Assembly: GCA_002322865.1 (NCBI GenBank)
Contig: DCOH01000010.1
Location: 1-57,069, forward strand
Direction: 5' to 3'
Length of the DNA: 57,069 nt
From: Sphingobacterium sp. UBA1575
GTDB taxonomy: Bacteria > Bacteroidota > Bacteroidia > Sphingobacteriales > Sphingobacteriaceae
Translations under genes and position numbers: made by a program
Notes under the pieces: generated by a model
What the model saw: the letters and a program-made list of their open reading frames with translations, nothing else
What the model was told of the DNA's origin: nothing
Database searches by the model: none
Shown here: positions 20,083 to 30,765 of the stretch, piece by piece
How the letters are laid out: each line of letters starts with the position of its first letter
Numbering within the stretch: position 1 is the stretch's first letter

Positions 20083-20649
20083 ATGATTGAAGTAGGAAAT
20101 GTACTTGTTCACGAGGATATCGTGAACAACGATTTTGTTTGTAACCTGAGCAAATGTAAAGGGGTTTGCTGTATTGAAGGCGATTCTGGTGCACCATTGA
20201 CGGAGGCGGAAACAACCATCCTGGAAGAAATTTATCCTAAAGTAAAGCCTTATCTAACCGAAAAAGGCATAAAAGCCATTGAGGACCAAGGAAAATATGT
20301 GGTAGATTCCGATGGCGATCTGACCACCACCTGTGTAGATGGCAATAAAGAATGTGCCTATGTAACCTGGGAAAATGGCATTACCAAATGCGGTATTGAG
20401 AAAGCCTATGAAATGGGCGATGTGCAGTGGAAAAAGCCAATTTCCTGTCACCTCTACCCTATCCGTGCTACCCACTACCCTGAATTTGATGTGCTGCATT
20501 ACGATCGTTGGTATATCTGTAAAGATGCCTGTACATTCGGCCAAGAATTGAAGGTCCCGGTCTATAAATTCCTAAAAGACCCTTTGATTCGAGAATATGG
20601 TGAAGATTGGTATAAACAGCTTGAAATTACCTTAGCTTCCCAAGCATAA
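20083..20649 (+). CDS. DUF3109 Cys-rich protein
   Basis: [28 protein letters not shown]. Confidence 0.85.
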   Translation: MIEVGNVLVHEDIVNNDFVCNLSKCKGVCCIEGDSGAPLTEAETTILEEIYPKVKPYLTEKGIKAIEDQGKYVVDSDGDLTTTCVDGNKECAYVTWENGITKCGIEKAYEMGDVQWKKPISCHLYPIRATHYPEFDVLHYDRWYICKDACTFGQELKVPVYKFLKDPLIREYGEDWYKQLEITLASQA

Positions 20650-20704
20650 TTTTATTATTTTTATGGTCAATTTCAGGGATTATTAATGGTCTTAAACCAT
20701 TTTC

Positions 20705-21679
20705 ATGTTAACAATAGACGAAATACAACTTCCTATTAAAGAACACCTCAAGCGCTTCGAAAAAACCTTTAAGGATTCGATGCGTAGCTCCGTTCCTTTA
20801 TTAGATAAAATTACCAGGTATATAATTAAGCAAAAAGGAAAACAGATGCGTCCGATGTTTGTTTTCTTTTCTGCTGGCGTATGTGGTGGAATTACCGAGG
20901 CAACCTATCATGGAGCATCCCTCGTAGAGCTATTGCATACGGCTTCTTTGGTGCATGATGATGTGGTGGACAATGCCAATGAAAGAAGAGGATTCTTTTC
21001 CATCAATGCGCTTTGGAAAAACAAAGTTGCGGTTTTGGTAGGCGATTTTCTGCTTTCCCAAGGATTATTGTTATCCGTGAAACACAAAGAATTTGATATA
21101 TTGCGGATTGTTTCCGAAGCTGTTCAGCAAATGTCGGAGGGAGAACTCCTTCAGATTGAGAAAGCCAGGCACCTGGATATTGAAGAATCCATCTATTTTG
21201 AGGTGATCCGGAAAAAAACAGCATCCCTGATTGCATCATGCTGTGCCTGTGGCGCCTCTTCTGCTGGAGCAGATGAAGAAACCGTAGAAAAACTAAGGCT
21301 GTTTGGCGAAAAAGTGGGGATAGCCTTTCAAATAAAAGATGACCTTTTCGACTTTGGATTGGATGATGTGGGCAAGCCCGTTGGAAATGACATCAAGGAA
21401 AAGAAAATGACCCTACCCTTGATATATGCGTTATCTACAGTGGATAAAAGTCAAAAAAGAAAGATCATCAACTTGGTGAAGAACCATAATGAGGATCCGG
21501 AAAAGGTGGCAGAGGTAATCAATTTTGTCAAGATCAATGGTGGAATGGAATATGCAACCGAAAAAATGATGCAGTATCAACAGGAAGCATTTGACATATT
21601 AGCCGAAATCCCGAACGGTGGGGAATATAAAACCGGATTAGAACAACTCGTTAAGTATACTACAGAAAGAAAGAAATAA
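20705..21679 (+). CDS. Polyprenyl diphosphate synthase (IspB-like)
   Basis: GKQMRP, LVHDDVVD...RRG, GIAFQIKDD, GKPVGNDIKE. Confidence 0.93.
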   Translation: MLTIDEIQLPIKEHLKRFEKTFKDSMRSSVPLLDKITRYIIKQKGKQMRPMFVFFSAGVCGGITEATYHGASLVELLHTASLVHDDVVDNANERRGFFSINALWKNKVAVLVGDFLLSQGLLLSVKHKEFDILRIVSEAVQQMSEGELLQIEKARHLDIEESIYFEVIRKKTASLIASCCACGASSAGADEETVEKLRLFGEKVGIAFQIKDDLFDFGLDDVGKPVGNDIKEKKMTLPLIYALSTVDKSQKRKIINLVKNHNEDPEKVAEVINFVKINGGMEYATEKMMQYQQEAFDILAEIPNGGEYKTGLEQLVKYTTERKK

Positions 21680-21688
21680 ACATCTAAC

Positions 21689-22744
21689 ATGAGCCACGAA
21701 GCACTCTTTATGATCGGATTTATAGTTTTTATAATTCTGATGTTAGCAATTGACCTGGGACTATTTTCCAAAAGCGATAAACCTGTATCCTTAAAAGTGG
21801 CCGCCATTATGAGTGCCATCTGGGTTACTTTTGCGCTCTTGTTTGGTCTATTACTTTATTATTGGGGAAATGAACTGCATAATGTGCATGATATAGCACG
21901 GCTTAAAGAGGTCGTTGCCAAGCACCTGCATAATATTACCATTAATGAAAATGATCTCGTAGGAAGCCTTAAAGCTTATAATAAGAACCTTACCCTTGAA
22001 TACCTAACCGGTTATGTGGTAGAATATGCCCTTTCGGTAGATAATATTTTCGTCATGGTATTGCTTTTCAGTTCCTTTGGTATCCCAGAAAAGTATTACC
22101 ATAAAGTTTTGGTATGGGGTATCTTAGGTGCCATCATCATGCGTTGTATCTTCATTTTTGTAGGTGCCGCGTTGATCACCAAATTCGGATGGATCCTTTA
22201 TGTTTTCGGTGCATTCTTAGTGTACACCGGGTTTACCATGTACATGAACAGAAATAAAGAAGAGGAAGTGGATCCGGAGAACCACCCTGTGGTTAAGTTC
22301 ATGTCCAAAAGATTCAAAGTAACCCATAAATTGGATCAAGGTAGATTTTTCCATATAGAAAATGGCGAGAAATACATGACCCCACTTTTCTTGGTGTTAT
22401 TGGTTATTGAATTTACCGACTTGATCTTTGCGGTGGACTCCATCCCGGCGATCTTCTCGGTAACCAAAGATCCATATATCGTATTCTTCTCGAATATTTT
22501 TGCGATCCTAGGATTACGTTCGATGTTCTTCCTATTGATCAACATCATCCACAAATTCCATTACCTAAAAGTAGGTTTAGCATTCTTATTGATCTTCATC
22601 GGTCTGAAAATGTTATTGCATAGCTACTTGAAAGAATGGGGCTTTACCACCACCCATTCCCTGATCGTCATTCTGGGAATCCTAGCGCTGAGTATCATCG
22701 CATCGCTGATGTTTCCGAAAAAACAAGATTTTGAAAAATCCTAA
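21689..22744 (+). CDS. TerC/Alx family membrane protein
   Basis: EYALSVDNIFV, DLIFAVDSIPA, SNIFAILGLRSM. Confidence 0.93.
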   Translation: MSHEALFMIGFIVFIILMLAIDLGLFSKSDKPVSLKVAAIMSAIWVTFALLFGLLLYYWGNELHNVHDIARLKEVVAKHLHNITINENDLVGSLKAYNKNLTLEYLTGYVVEYALSVDNIFVMVLLFSSFGIPEKYYHKVLVWGILGAIIMRCIFIFVGAALITKFGWILYVFGAFLVYTGFTMYMNRNKEEEVDPENHPVVKFMSKRFKVTHKLDQGRFFHIENGEKYMTPLFLVLLVIEFTDLIFAVDSIPAIFSVTKDPYIVFFSNIFAILGLRSMFFLLINIIHKFHYLKVGLAFLLIFIGLKMLLHSYLKEWGFTTTHSLIVILGILALSIIASLMFPKKQDFEKS

Positions 22745-22750
22745 TCATAT

Positions 22751-22778
22751 AAACAGGCTCCGAAAAGGGGCCTGTTTT
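22751..22778 (+). terminator. Intrinsic terminator after terC
   Basis: AAACAGGCTCC-GAAAA-GGGGCCTGTTTT. Confidence 0.8.
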
Positions 22779-22866
22779 AGTATGTGCTAATATTTTTACA
22801 AAGAGTGGCCTAGCTACTCTTTATTATTTTATAAATTCGTACACAGTTTTTTAATATTATAATAAC

Positions 22867-24048
22867 ATGAATTGGAGTAAATCTATTCTTTTTGCAGCAG
22901 CTTTATTTGCTGCAACCCAAACATTCGCACAAGACAACCTTATAAATGCCTTAAAAGGCAATGCCAGCGACAACAGTAAAGCAGGTTTCAAATTCACGGA
23001 AGTGATCAATTTAGGAAACACTTCCATTAAAGACCAAGGATCATCTGGCACCTGTTGGTCTTATTCTGGGAACTCCTTCTTGGAATCAGAAATGATCCGC
23101 ATGGGCAAAGAACCTGTAAATATTTCCCAGATCTATACCGCCCGTAATACCTATATTGAAAAAGCAAAGAACTTTGTTCGTTTGCATGGTGTTCAAGCGC
23201 AAGGCGATGGTGGTCAGTTGCATGACGTATTGACCATTTTCAGAAAATACGGTGCTGTACCTTATGAAGTATATACAGGATTGCCAGAAGGGCAAACACG
23301 CAATAACTTTGGAGAGATGAGTCCAATTCTTCAATCCATCACAGAATCCGTGGCAAAAAGCAAGAAACCAGGTGCAAACTGGATCAATTCATTCACTGCG
23401 GCGATGGATTCTTATTTAGGAAAAGTACCTGAATCCTTCCAATACAAAGGAAAAACATACACCCCACGTACATTTGCCGATCAAGTAGTGGGTATCAATC
23501 CAGATGATTATGTAGGGATCTCTTCTTTTGAGGAGCATGCCTTATATAAACCATTTGTGCTATTGATTCCTGACAACTGGTCTTTTGAGAGTTTCTATAA
23601 CGTGAAGATCAATGATCTTACAGATATCATCGACCAAGCATTGGAAAAAGGATTTACAGTAGCATGGGCAACAGATGTTTCTGAAAAAAGTTTCAGCTGG
23701 AAGAATGGCGTAGCTTATGTGCCAGAAAAACCGATCGAGCAAATGAGCAAAGAAGAGTTGGACAATATGTTCAATGGGCCAAAACCAGAGGCTAAGATCA
23801 CTCCTGCACAACGTCAGGAAGCTTTTGACAACTATTCCACAACCGATGACCACGGTATGCACATCGTAGGTTTGGTGAAAGATCAGAATGGAAAAGAATA
23901 TTATATCGTTAAAAACTCCTGGGGAGCTACCAACGATTATAAAGGTTATATGTATGCAACGAAAGAATTTGTTCGTTATAAAACAATCTCTTTGTTATTG
24001 CACAAAAAAGCATTAACCAAAGAAATGCAGAAGCAATTAGCTATCTAA
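22867..24048 (+). CDS. Exported C1-family cysteine aminopeptidase (PepC-like)
   Basis: Signal peptide; DQGSSGTCWS, DDHGMHIVG, VKNSWG catalytic motifs. Confidence 0.92.
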   Translation: MNWSKSILFAAALFAATQTFAQDNLINALKGNASDNSKAGFKFTEVINLGNTSIKDQGSSGTCWSYSGNSFLESEMIRMGKEPVNISQIYTARNTYIEKAKNFVRLHGVQAQGDGGQLHDVLTIFRKYGAVPYEVYTGLPEGQTRNNFGEMSPILQSITESVAKSKKPGANWINSFTAAMDSYLGKVPESFQYKGKTYTPRTFADQVVGINPDDYVGISSFEEHALYKPFVLLIPDNWSFESFYNVKINDLTDIIDQALEKGFTVAWATDVSEKSFSWKNGVAYVPEKPIEQMSKEELDNMFNGPKPEAKITPAQRQEAFDNYSTTDDHGMHIVGLVKDQNGKEYYIVKNSWGATNDYKGYMYATKEFVRYKTISLLLHKKALTKEMQKQLAI

Positions 24049-24065
24049 AAAATGTTAAATCTTAT

Positions 24066-24095
24066 AAAGTCCTTGTTTCTACAAGGACTTTTTTT
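24066..24095 (+). terminator. Intrinsic terminator after the aminopeptidase gene
   Basis: AAAGTCCTTGT-TTCT-ACAAGGACTTTTTTT. Confidence 0.85.
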
Positions 24096-24143
24096 GTTAA
24101 TAATGGTTACTTTAGTTAAATATTTAGAATAATAAAGTTAATT

Positions 24144-25379
24144 ATGAAAAAGTTACTATTCATTTTATTCACCCTACCTTTCTTGGTTTTTGCGCAGGAA
24201 AAAGGCATTCACTTTGAGCACAATACGACTTGGGCAAAAGTTAAGGAAAAGGCAAAAAAGGAAAATAAATTCATATTTGTGGATGCTTTTACCACCTGGT
24301 GTGGTCCTTGTAAATACATGGCGGAAAACATTTTCCCACAGGAAAAAGTGGGCACTTTTTTCAATGAAAAATTTGTGAACCTGAAGATCCAAATGGATGA
24401 GACCCCGGGCGATAATGAGGACGTGAAATCCTGGAGAACCGAAGCCAAACGATTCGCGACAGATTATTCCATCGCCGCTTATCCTACCTTTTTGATCTTT
24501 AATCCAAATGGCGAATTGGTTCACCGTATTGTAGGTGGTGGGGAAGCCGATCAGTTTATTGCCATGGCAAAAGAAAGCTTTGACCCAGCTACGCAGTATG
24601 AAACCATCGTAAAAAAATACAAAGCGAATCCAAAAGATGTGAAAACAGCTATAGCGATGGCAAAAGCTGCAAACAAGGCTTATGATAGAAAAACAGCGGC
24701 AGAAGCGATGACTAGTGTCATTGAAAATTCTTCTAAGGATGAACTATTAACAAAGGAATTTTTGCCGATGGTGAGTACAGCTGCTACTTCTGTAAACAGT
24801 AAGGCTTTTGAATTGATCCGAAATAATAAAGCGAAGGTAGATGAATTGATGGGGTCAGGAAGAGCAGATGCGATATTAGGTACTGCAGTAATCAATTCTG
24901 TCCTTACACCGAAATTACGTGCTTCTGAAACGGATAATTTTGATCAGGCTGCAGAGGAAGTAATCAAGGCATATCCAGATATGAAATTGAAAGAATTGAT
25001 CACAAGCATTAAGCCTAATTATTACAAATCTAAAAAGGAATGGACTAAGTATAGAGATGCTGTAAACCAATTAATTGCATCAGGAACGACCGTTACGGAG
25101 GCACAGCTGAATAGTTTTGCATGGACGATCTTTGAAAACTGTACCGATCCGGTATGTTTGGAAGCAGCCTTGGCCTGGAGCAAAAAATCTTTGGAAAAGA
25201 AAGAGAATCCGCAATATATGGATACCTATGCAAATATTTTGTATAAATCTGGCAAGACTAAAGAAGCCATTGCTATGCAAGAAAAAGCGATCAGCTTAGC
25301 AGCTGCGGATGAAAAAGCAGATTATGAATCGAATCTTGCCTTAATGAAAAAAGGTCTTCCTACTTGGGAAACCGAATAA
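24144..25379 (+). CDS. Exported thioredoxin-fold protein with C-terminal TPR-like region
   Basis: Signal peptide, WCGPC, YPT cis-Pro loop, LNSFAW...DTYANILYKSG. Confidence 0.85.
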   Translation: MKKLLFILFTLPFLVFAQEKGIHFEHNTTWAKVKEKAKKENKFIFVDAFTTWCGPCKYMAENIFPQEKVGTFFNEKFVNLKIQMDETPGDNEDVKSWRTEAKRFATDYSIAAYPTFLIFNPNGELVHRIVGGGEADQFIAMAKESFDPATQYETIVKKYKANPKDVKTAIAMAKAANKAYDRKTAAEAMTSVIENSSKDELLTKEFLPMVSTAATSVNSKAFELIRNNKAKVDELMGSGRADAILGTAVINSVLTPKLRASETDNFDQAAEEVIKAYPDMKLKELITSIKPNYYKSKKEWTKYRDAVNQLIASGTTVTEAQLNSFAWTIFENCTDPVCLEAALAWSKKSLEKKENPQYMDTYANILYKSGKTKEAIAMQEKAISLAAADEKADYESNLALMKKGLPTWETE

Positions 25380-25416
25380 GGCACACCAATATGGAGCTGT
25401 TTTAATAACAGTTGCC

Positions 25417-25472
25417 AAAAAAAAGGATTCTTGTTGTCCAAAACTTTATCGATGGACAGCAAGAATCCTTTT
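25417..25472. terminator. Bidirectional terminator between convergent thioredoxin and oligopeptidase genes
   Basis: AAAAGGATTCTTGTTGTCCA...TGGACAGCAAGAATCCTTTT long stem with A/T tails. Confidence 0.8.
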
Positions 25473-25490
25473 CTTATTACACTGTTTTAA

Positions 25491-27638
25491 TTACTTCACA
25501 TCCCTATAACCCACCTTCATATTCTGGAACATGAAAGCCCATTTATCGGTATGCTCTGCAATAACCATGGCTGTTGATTTTCCGGCACCATGTCCAGCTT
25601 TTGTATCGATACGGATCAGAACCGGATTAGTTCCCTTGTTATACTCTTGCAATCGCGCAGCGAATTTAAAGGAGTGCGCTGGTACTACACGGTCATCATG
25701 ATCGGCCGTAGTAACCATGGTGGCTGGATAATCCACCCCTTGTTTCAAGGCATGGTAAGGCGAATATTTATACAGGTAATTGAACATTTCCGCATTATCA
25801 TCTGCCGTTCCATAATCAAATGCCCAGCCGGCACCTGCCGTAAATTTGTGATAACGCAACATATCCAACACCCCTACTCCGGGGAATGCTACTTTAAATA
25901 ATTCCGGACGCTGGGTCATCGCAGCTCCGACCAACAATCCACCGTTAGAAGCACCAGAAATCGCCAACTTCTCCGAAGAAGTATATTTCTCTTTGATCAG
26001 GTATTCTGCCGCGGCAATGAAATCATCAAATACATTCTGTTTATTCAATTTGGTTCCTGCTACGTGCCAGGTCTGCCCATATTCACCACCACCACGAAGG
26101 TTAGCCACCGCATACACACCACCCTGTTCCAACAGGATTACATTACTCGTACTGAAAGAAGGCGTCAAACTGATGTTGAAACCACCATAGCCGTACAACA
26201 TCGTCGGGTTGGTTCCATCCAATTTAATCCCTTTTTTATAGGTAATGATCATCGGAATCTTTGTTCCATCCTTAGAGGTGTAGAAAACCTGTTTCGATTC
26301 GTAGTTGGCAGGATCGAATTTAATCGCTGAAGCTTTATACACTTCGGATTTACCTGAAGCAATATCATATTTATAGATGGTTCCAGGATTTACATAATTC
26401 GTAAAAGAATAATACAGGGATTTCTCATCCTTCTTGGCACCAAATCCTGAAGCGGTACCTACACCCGGTAATTCCACCTCATGCTCTAATTTGCCTTGTC
26501 TATCGTATTGTTTGACAAGCGTGGTCGCATCCTTCAAATAATTAGCGAAGATTTTACCTCCACCAATCGATGGGCTTAACACCTGTTCCGTCTCCGGAAT
26601 CAGATCTTTCCAATTTTCCTGCGTAGGTTTGGCAAAACTGGTCTGCACCAATCTTCCATTCGGCGCATTCAACTCGGTGTAGATGATCAGGTTATCCCCT
26701 TCATTATCCAATACATAATGATTGGACTCCATGTTGTTCACAATCGGAACAAAATCTGAACCCGGATTCTTCAGGTCTTTGATGTATAACTCATTTCCCG
26801 AGGTGGCATTTGCCGCTGTAACAATTAGGAACCTTTCATCCTCGGTCAAACCGGCACCGATGTATCTACGTGGCGTAGTTGGACCACCAAAGATCAAGGC
26901 ATCAGACGATTGCGCTGTGTTCAGCTTATGGAAATACAGCTTATGTTGATCGGTCATGGCCGACAAAGCTGATCCTTCTTTTGGTTTATCGTAAGAGGAA
27001 TAATAAATCCCTTCATTTCCCTGCCAGGCCAGTCCACTGAACTTCACATTGGTCAGGGTATCCCCTACAATAGATTTATCTTTCGAATTGATGATAATGA
27101 CCTTCGTCCAATCAGAACCTCCTTCAGAAATCTGGTAGGCCGCCAATGAACCATCTTTACTGAAAGATAATCCGGCCAAAGAGGTCGTTCCATCATTAGA
27201 AAACTTATTGGGATCCAAGAAAACTTCTTCTTTGCCATCATCTCCTTTTTTACGGTAAATAACCGATTGGTTCTGTAGACCATCATTCTTATAAAAATAG
27301 GTGTACTCGCCTTCGGTAAAAGGGGCTGAGAATTTTTCATAGTTCCATAGGTTCTCCAAACGCTTACGGATGTTTTCGCGGAAAGGGATCTGGCTCAGGT
27401 AATCTTCGGTAACTTCATTTTCAGCTTTTACCCAAGCTTTGGTTTCAGCAGATAGGTCATCTTCCAACCATCGGTAGGGATCTTCCACAGTAACACCAAA
27501 ATAAGTATCGGTTTGTGTTCCTTTTTCAGTTTTAGGATAGGGTTTCAATGTAATATCGGTTTTTGATTCAATAGCTTTTTCTTGATTACAGGCCGCCAAG
27601 CCCAGGACAATGATGCCCAAACAGGTGTATTTCCTCAT
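25491..27638 (-). CDS. Prolyl oligopeptidase (S9A), lipoprotein
   Basis: Lipobox LAAC; DPYRWLE, GASNGG, DHDDRV, GHG catalytic triad. Confidence 0.95.
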   Translation of the reverse strand: MRKYTCLGIIVLGLAACNQEKAIESKTDITLKPYPKTEKGTQTDTYFGVTVEDPYRWLEDDLSAETKAWVKAENEVTEDYLSQIPFRENIRKRLENLWNYEKFSAPFTEGEYTYFYKNDGLQNQSVIYRKKGDDGKEEVFLDPNKFSNDGTTSLAGLSFSKDGSLAAYQISEGGSDWTKVIIINSKDKSIVGDTLTNVKFSGLAWQGNEGIYYSSYDKPKEGSALSAMTDQHKLYFHKLNTAQSSDALIFGGPTTPRRYIGAGLTEDERFLIVTAANATSGNELYIKDLKNPGSDFVPIVNNMESNHYVLDNEGDNLIIYTELNAPNGRLVQTSFAKPTQENWKDLIPETEQVLSPSIGGGKIFANYLKDATTLVKQYDRQGKLEHEVELPGVGTASGFGAKKDEKSLYYSFTNYVNPGTIYKYDIASGKSEVYKASAIKFDPANYESKQVFYTSKDGTKIPMIITYKKGIKLDGTNPTMLYGYGGFNISLTPSFSTSNVILLEQGGVYAVANLRGGGEYGQTWHVAGTKLNKQNVFDDFIAAAEYLIKEKYTSSEKLAISGASNGGLLVGAAMTQRPELFKVAFPGVGVLDMLRYHKFTAGAGWAFDYGTADDNAEMFNYLYKYSPYHALKQGVDYPATMVTTADHDDRVVPAHSFKFAARLQEYNKGTNPVLIRIDTKAGHGAGKSTAMVIAEHTDKWAFMFQNMKVGYRDVK

Positions 27639-27695
27639 ATCTATTACAATTAGTTTATAACAAAACTAATGATTTAATTTGCTAGTTTTGAACTC

Positions 27696-28451
27696 ATGGG
27701 CATGCGCAACAAGATTTATTTTGCTTCAGATTTTCATTTAGGATCTTATCCTACTTCACATTCCTTGGAAAGGGAGCGCCGAATCGTTGCTTGGTTAGAC
27801 CATATAAAAATCGATGCAAAAGAACTTTACCTCGTAGGCGACATCTTTGATTTCTGGTTTGAATACGCATCCGTAGTCCCCAAGGGCTACATCCGATTTC
27901 TTGGCAAACTGGCGGAATTGGCCGATTTAGGCGTTAAGATCACCCTCTTCAAAGGGAACCACGACATGTGGATGTTTGGATACCTCAAACAGGAATTGGG
28001 GGCCGAAGTCGTCTCCAATGAAAAGGTCCTTCAAATCGATGGGAAGCGTTTTTACATACATCATGGTGATGGCCTTGGTCCTGGCGATGCGAAATATAAA
28101 TTTTTAAAGAAAATTTTTAGATCGCGTTTTTGCCAATGGTTATTTGCCCGCTTACACCCTAACCTGGGGATAGGTATTGCAACCCGATGGTCGAAACACA
28201 GCCGAATCGCCAACAACAACGAAGAAAAGTTTCTTGGCGAAGAAAATGAATGGCTGATTGTGTATTCAAAGGAAATTCTACAGGGCGAACATTACGATTA
28301 TTTTATCTTTGGACACCGACATCTTCCTTATGAAAGGAGTATAGGTAATCAATCCACCATCGTCAACCTTGGCGAATGGATCAATTATAATACCTATGCC
28401 GTTTGGGATGGGGAACAATTAACATTGGAAACATGGAGTTCAGGGAAATAG
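27696..28451 (+). CDS. lpxH: UDP-2,3-diacylglucosamine hydrolase
   Basis: SDFHLG, GDIFDFW, GNHD, HGDG, FGHRH, NLGEW. Confidence 0.88.
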   Translation: MGMRNKIYFASDFHLGSYPTSHSLERERRIVAWLDHIKIDAKELYLVGDIFDFWFEYASVVPKGYIRFLGKLAELADLGVKITLFKGNHDMWMFGYLKQELGAEVVSNEKVLQIDGKRFYIHHGDGLGPGDAKYKFLKKIFRSRFCQWLFARLHPNLGIGIATRWSKHSRIANNNEEKFLGEENEWLIVYSKEILQGEHYDYFIFGHRHLPYERSIGNQSTIVNLGEWINYNTYAVWDGEQLTLETWSSGK

Positions 28452-28996
28452 CCGATTCTATTTTTCGATTAGCATCTTCCGACCTGGAATTATTGGAGGA
28501 AATTGTCGAAGAGGTCCATGTACCTAAGAATACCAAGCTTATCGAGTCGGAGAAGATCAGCCCCTATATCTATTTTCAGAAATCCGGCATCTGCCGAATC
28601 TATTACCACAAAGCTGAAAAGGAGATTATTCTAGCGTTTACTTTTCCTGGAGATGCCTTGATCTCTTTGAACAGTTATATACATGTGCAACGCGGATATG
28701 AAACCATCCAAAGCCTAGAGGATTCCAGCTTATACCGCATTTCAAGCATCGACCTACAAAATCTTTTCTTAAAATCTATCGGAATTGCCAATTGGGGAAG
28801 AAAACTAGCTGAATTGGAATCCCTGAAAATTGAAGATAGATTGATGTTCCGACCGTTTAAATCCTCCATGGAATCCTATGAAGAGCTATTGAAGAAGGCT
28901 CCAAACATCACGAACCGCATCAAATTAGGATATATTGCCTCTTACCTGGGGATAAGCCAGGTTACCTTGAGCCGCATCCGGGCAACAAAAAAATAA
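28433..28996 (+). CDS. Crp/Fnr-family regulator (Bacteroidota short type)
   Basis: cNMP-like beta roll (GICRIYY), C-terminal IASYLGISQVTLSRIR HTH; overlaps the lpxH stop. Confidence 0.88.
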   Translation: MEFREIADSIFRLASSDLELLEEIVEEVHVPKNTKLIESEKISPYIYFQKSGICRIYYHKAEKEIILAFTFPGDALISLNSYIHVQRGYETIQSLEDSSLYRISSIDLQNLFLKSIGIANWGRKLAELESLKIEDRLMFRPFKSSMESYEELLKKAPNITNRIKLGYIASYLGISQVTLSRIRATKK

Positions 28997-29010
28997 AACA
29001 TTCGGGATTT

Positions 29011-29028
29011 TTTTAACAAATGTAAAAA
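29011..29028. promoter_or_regulatory. Candidate Crp-family operator upstream of the SMR gene
   Basis: TTTTAACA-AA-TGTAAAAA inverted repeat, 1 mismatch. Confidence 0.5.
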
Positions 29029-29081
29029 GCTTATTGCAGGTAAAAGCAGAAATTTGCCTCAGTAATTAAATTATACAGCAA

Positions 29082-29411
29082 ATGAATTGGATTATTCTAG
29101 TATTGGGCGGGCTTTTTGAAGTCGCTTTCACGTATTGTATCGGGCGTGCAAAATTTGCCACCGGAACGGAAATGTACCTGTGGTACCTGGGTTTCTTGGT
29201 TAGTGTAACGGTTAGTATGGGCTTATTGATCAAAGCAACCAGTACATTACCCTTGGGTACTGCTTACGCCGTATGGTCGGGTATCGGTGCGGTAGGTACC
29301 GTATTGATGGGTATTTTCTTCTTTAAAGAACCTACAGATTTCTGGCGCATCTTCTTCATTATCACCTTGATAGGCTCCATCGTTGGGCTAAAAGCAGTTT
29401 CTTCGCATTAG
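29082..29411 (+). CDS. sugE: SMR/DMT efflux protein (SugE/Gdx-like)
   Basis: 109 aa, 4 TM, Glu13 (GLFEV), LPLGTAYAVWSGIGAVG. Confidence 0.85.
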   Translation: MNWIILVLGGLFEVAFTYCIGRAKFATGTEMYLWYLGFLVSVTVSMGLLIKATSTLPLGTAYAVWSGIGAVGTVLMGIFFFKEPTDFWRIFFIITLIGSIVGLKAVSSH

Positions 29412-29500
29412 TTCCTTAAAAAAAGCGCAAAAATCTTTATTTTTGTCGATTACTATCATTCCCAACGATTTGGGAATGAACTATTCAACAGAGGAATACT

Positions 29501-30574
29501 ATGTTAGACAAATTACAAGCGATAAAAGAGCGCTGGGAAGAAGTAGAAGCGGAATTATCCAATCCTGATACCATTAGCGACATGAGTCGTTTTGCAAAAC
29601 TTAATAAGGAGTATAAAGACCTAGGTAAGATTGTAGAACAATACCATATCTATAAAAATATGGTGAGCAACATCGATACCAACAAAGACATCCTTGCCAA
29701 TGAGAAGGATCAGGAGTTGAGGGAGATGGCGAAGGAGGAATTGGATATTCTTTGGACCCAACGGGAGGAAAAAGAAGAAGAGATCCGTCTGATGTTGATC
29801 CCTAAAGATCCAGAGGATGGCAAGAACGCCATTATCGAGATCCGTGGAGGTACAGGAGGTGATGAGGCGGCCTTATTTGCAGGCGATCTATACCGTATGT
29901 ACACCCGTTATTTCGAGACCAAAGGTTGGAGAACCGAAGTGATGGATGTGACGGAAGGAACATCAGGTGGTTATAAAGAGGTAATCCTAAAGGTAATTGG
30001 CGATGATGTGTATGGCCAATTGAAATATGAATCAGGTGTTCACCGTGTTCAACGTGTCCCTGATACGGAAACGCAAGGACGAGTACATACTTCAGCAGCT
30101 TCCGTAGCTGTCTTACCGGAAGCGGAGGAAGTCGATGTAGAAATCAATCCTGGCGATATCGAGATGCAGACTTCCCGTTCGGGAGGTGCTGGTGGTCAGA
30201 ACGTGAACAAGGTAGAGACGAAGGTTCAATTGACTCACAAACCTTCTGGAATCGTAGTTGTTTGTCAGGTAGAGCGTTCGCAATTGGCAAACCGCGAGTT
30301 GGCCATGGAGATGCTACGTAACAAACTTTACGAGCTTGAAGTGCAGAAGAAACATGGTGATGTAGCGGCAAAACGTAAGACAATGGTATCCACCGGCGAC
30401 CGTTCGGCAAAGATCCGTACCTACAACTATCCACAAGGTCGTGTAACCGAGCACCGTATCGGTTTGACGATGTATAATCTACCTGCCATTATGGATGGTG
30501 ATATTCAAGACATTATCGACAAGCTACAGTTTGCAGAGAATGCCGAAAAGATGAAAGAGGGCGCTGTAGACTAA
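29501..30574 (+). CDS. prfA: Peptide chain release factor 1
   Basis: GGQ motif (GAGGQNVNK), PxT specificity loop (RVPDTE), RTYNYPQGR. Confidence 0.97.
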   Translation: MLDKLQAIKERWEEVEAELSNPDTISDMSRFAKLNKEYKDLGKIVEQYHIYKNMVSNIDTNKDILANEKDQELREMAKEELDILWTQREEKEEEIRLMLIPKDPEDGKNAIIEIRGGTGGDEAALFAGDLYRMYTRYFETKGWRTEVMDVTEGTSGGYKEVILKVIGDDVYGQLKYESGVHRVQRVPDTETQGRVHTSAASVAVLPEAEEVDVEINPGDIEMQTSRSGGAGGQNVNKVETKVQLTHKPSGIVVVCQVERSQLANRELAMEMLRNKLYELEVQKKHGDVAAKRKTMVSTGDRSAKIRTYNYPQGRVTEHRIGLTMYNLPAIMDGDIQDIIDKLQFAENAEKMKEGAVD

Positions 30575-30613
30575 TATTTTTCAAAAATATTTAGCAGATT
30601 TAGAAATAAACAC

Positions 30614-30621
30614 TATATTTG
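30614..30621 (+). promoter_or_regulatory. Bacteroidota -7 promoter element for the tRNA pair
   Basis: TATATTTG matches TAnnTTTG, about 25 nt upstream of the first tRNA. Confidence 0.65.
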
Positions 30622-30646
30622 CACACCTTCTGAAAAGAAGGAAAAT

Positions 30647-30723
30647 GGTCTGGTAGTTCAGCTGGTTAGAATACATGCCTGTCACGCATGGGGTCGCGGG
30701 TTCGAGTCCCGTCCAGACCGCCA
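30647..30723 (+). tRNA. tRNA-Asp(GTC), CCA encoded
   Basis: GGTCTGG/CCAGACC acceptor stem, CTGTCAC anticodon loop, GGTTCGAGTCC T-arm, GCCA end. Confidence 0.97.
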
Positions 30724-30765
30724 ATATTGGTCAAGTTTACCTTGGAAATCATTTTGCAAACATGA

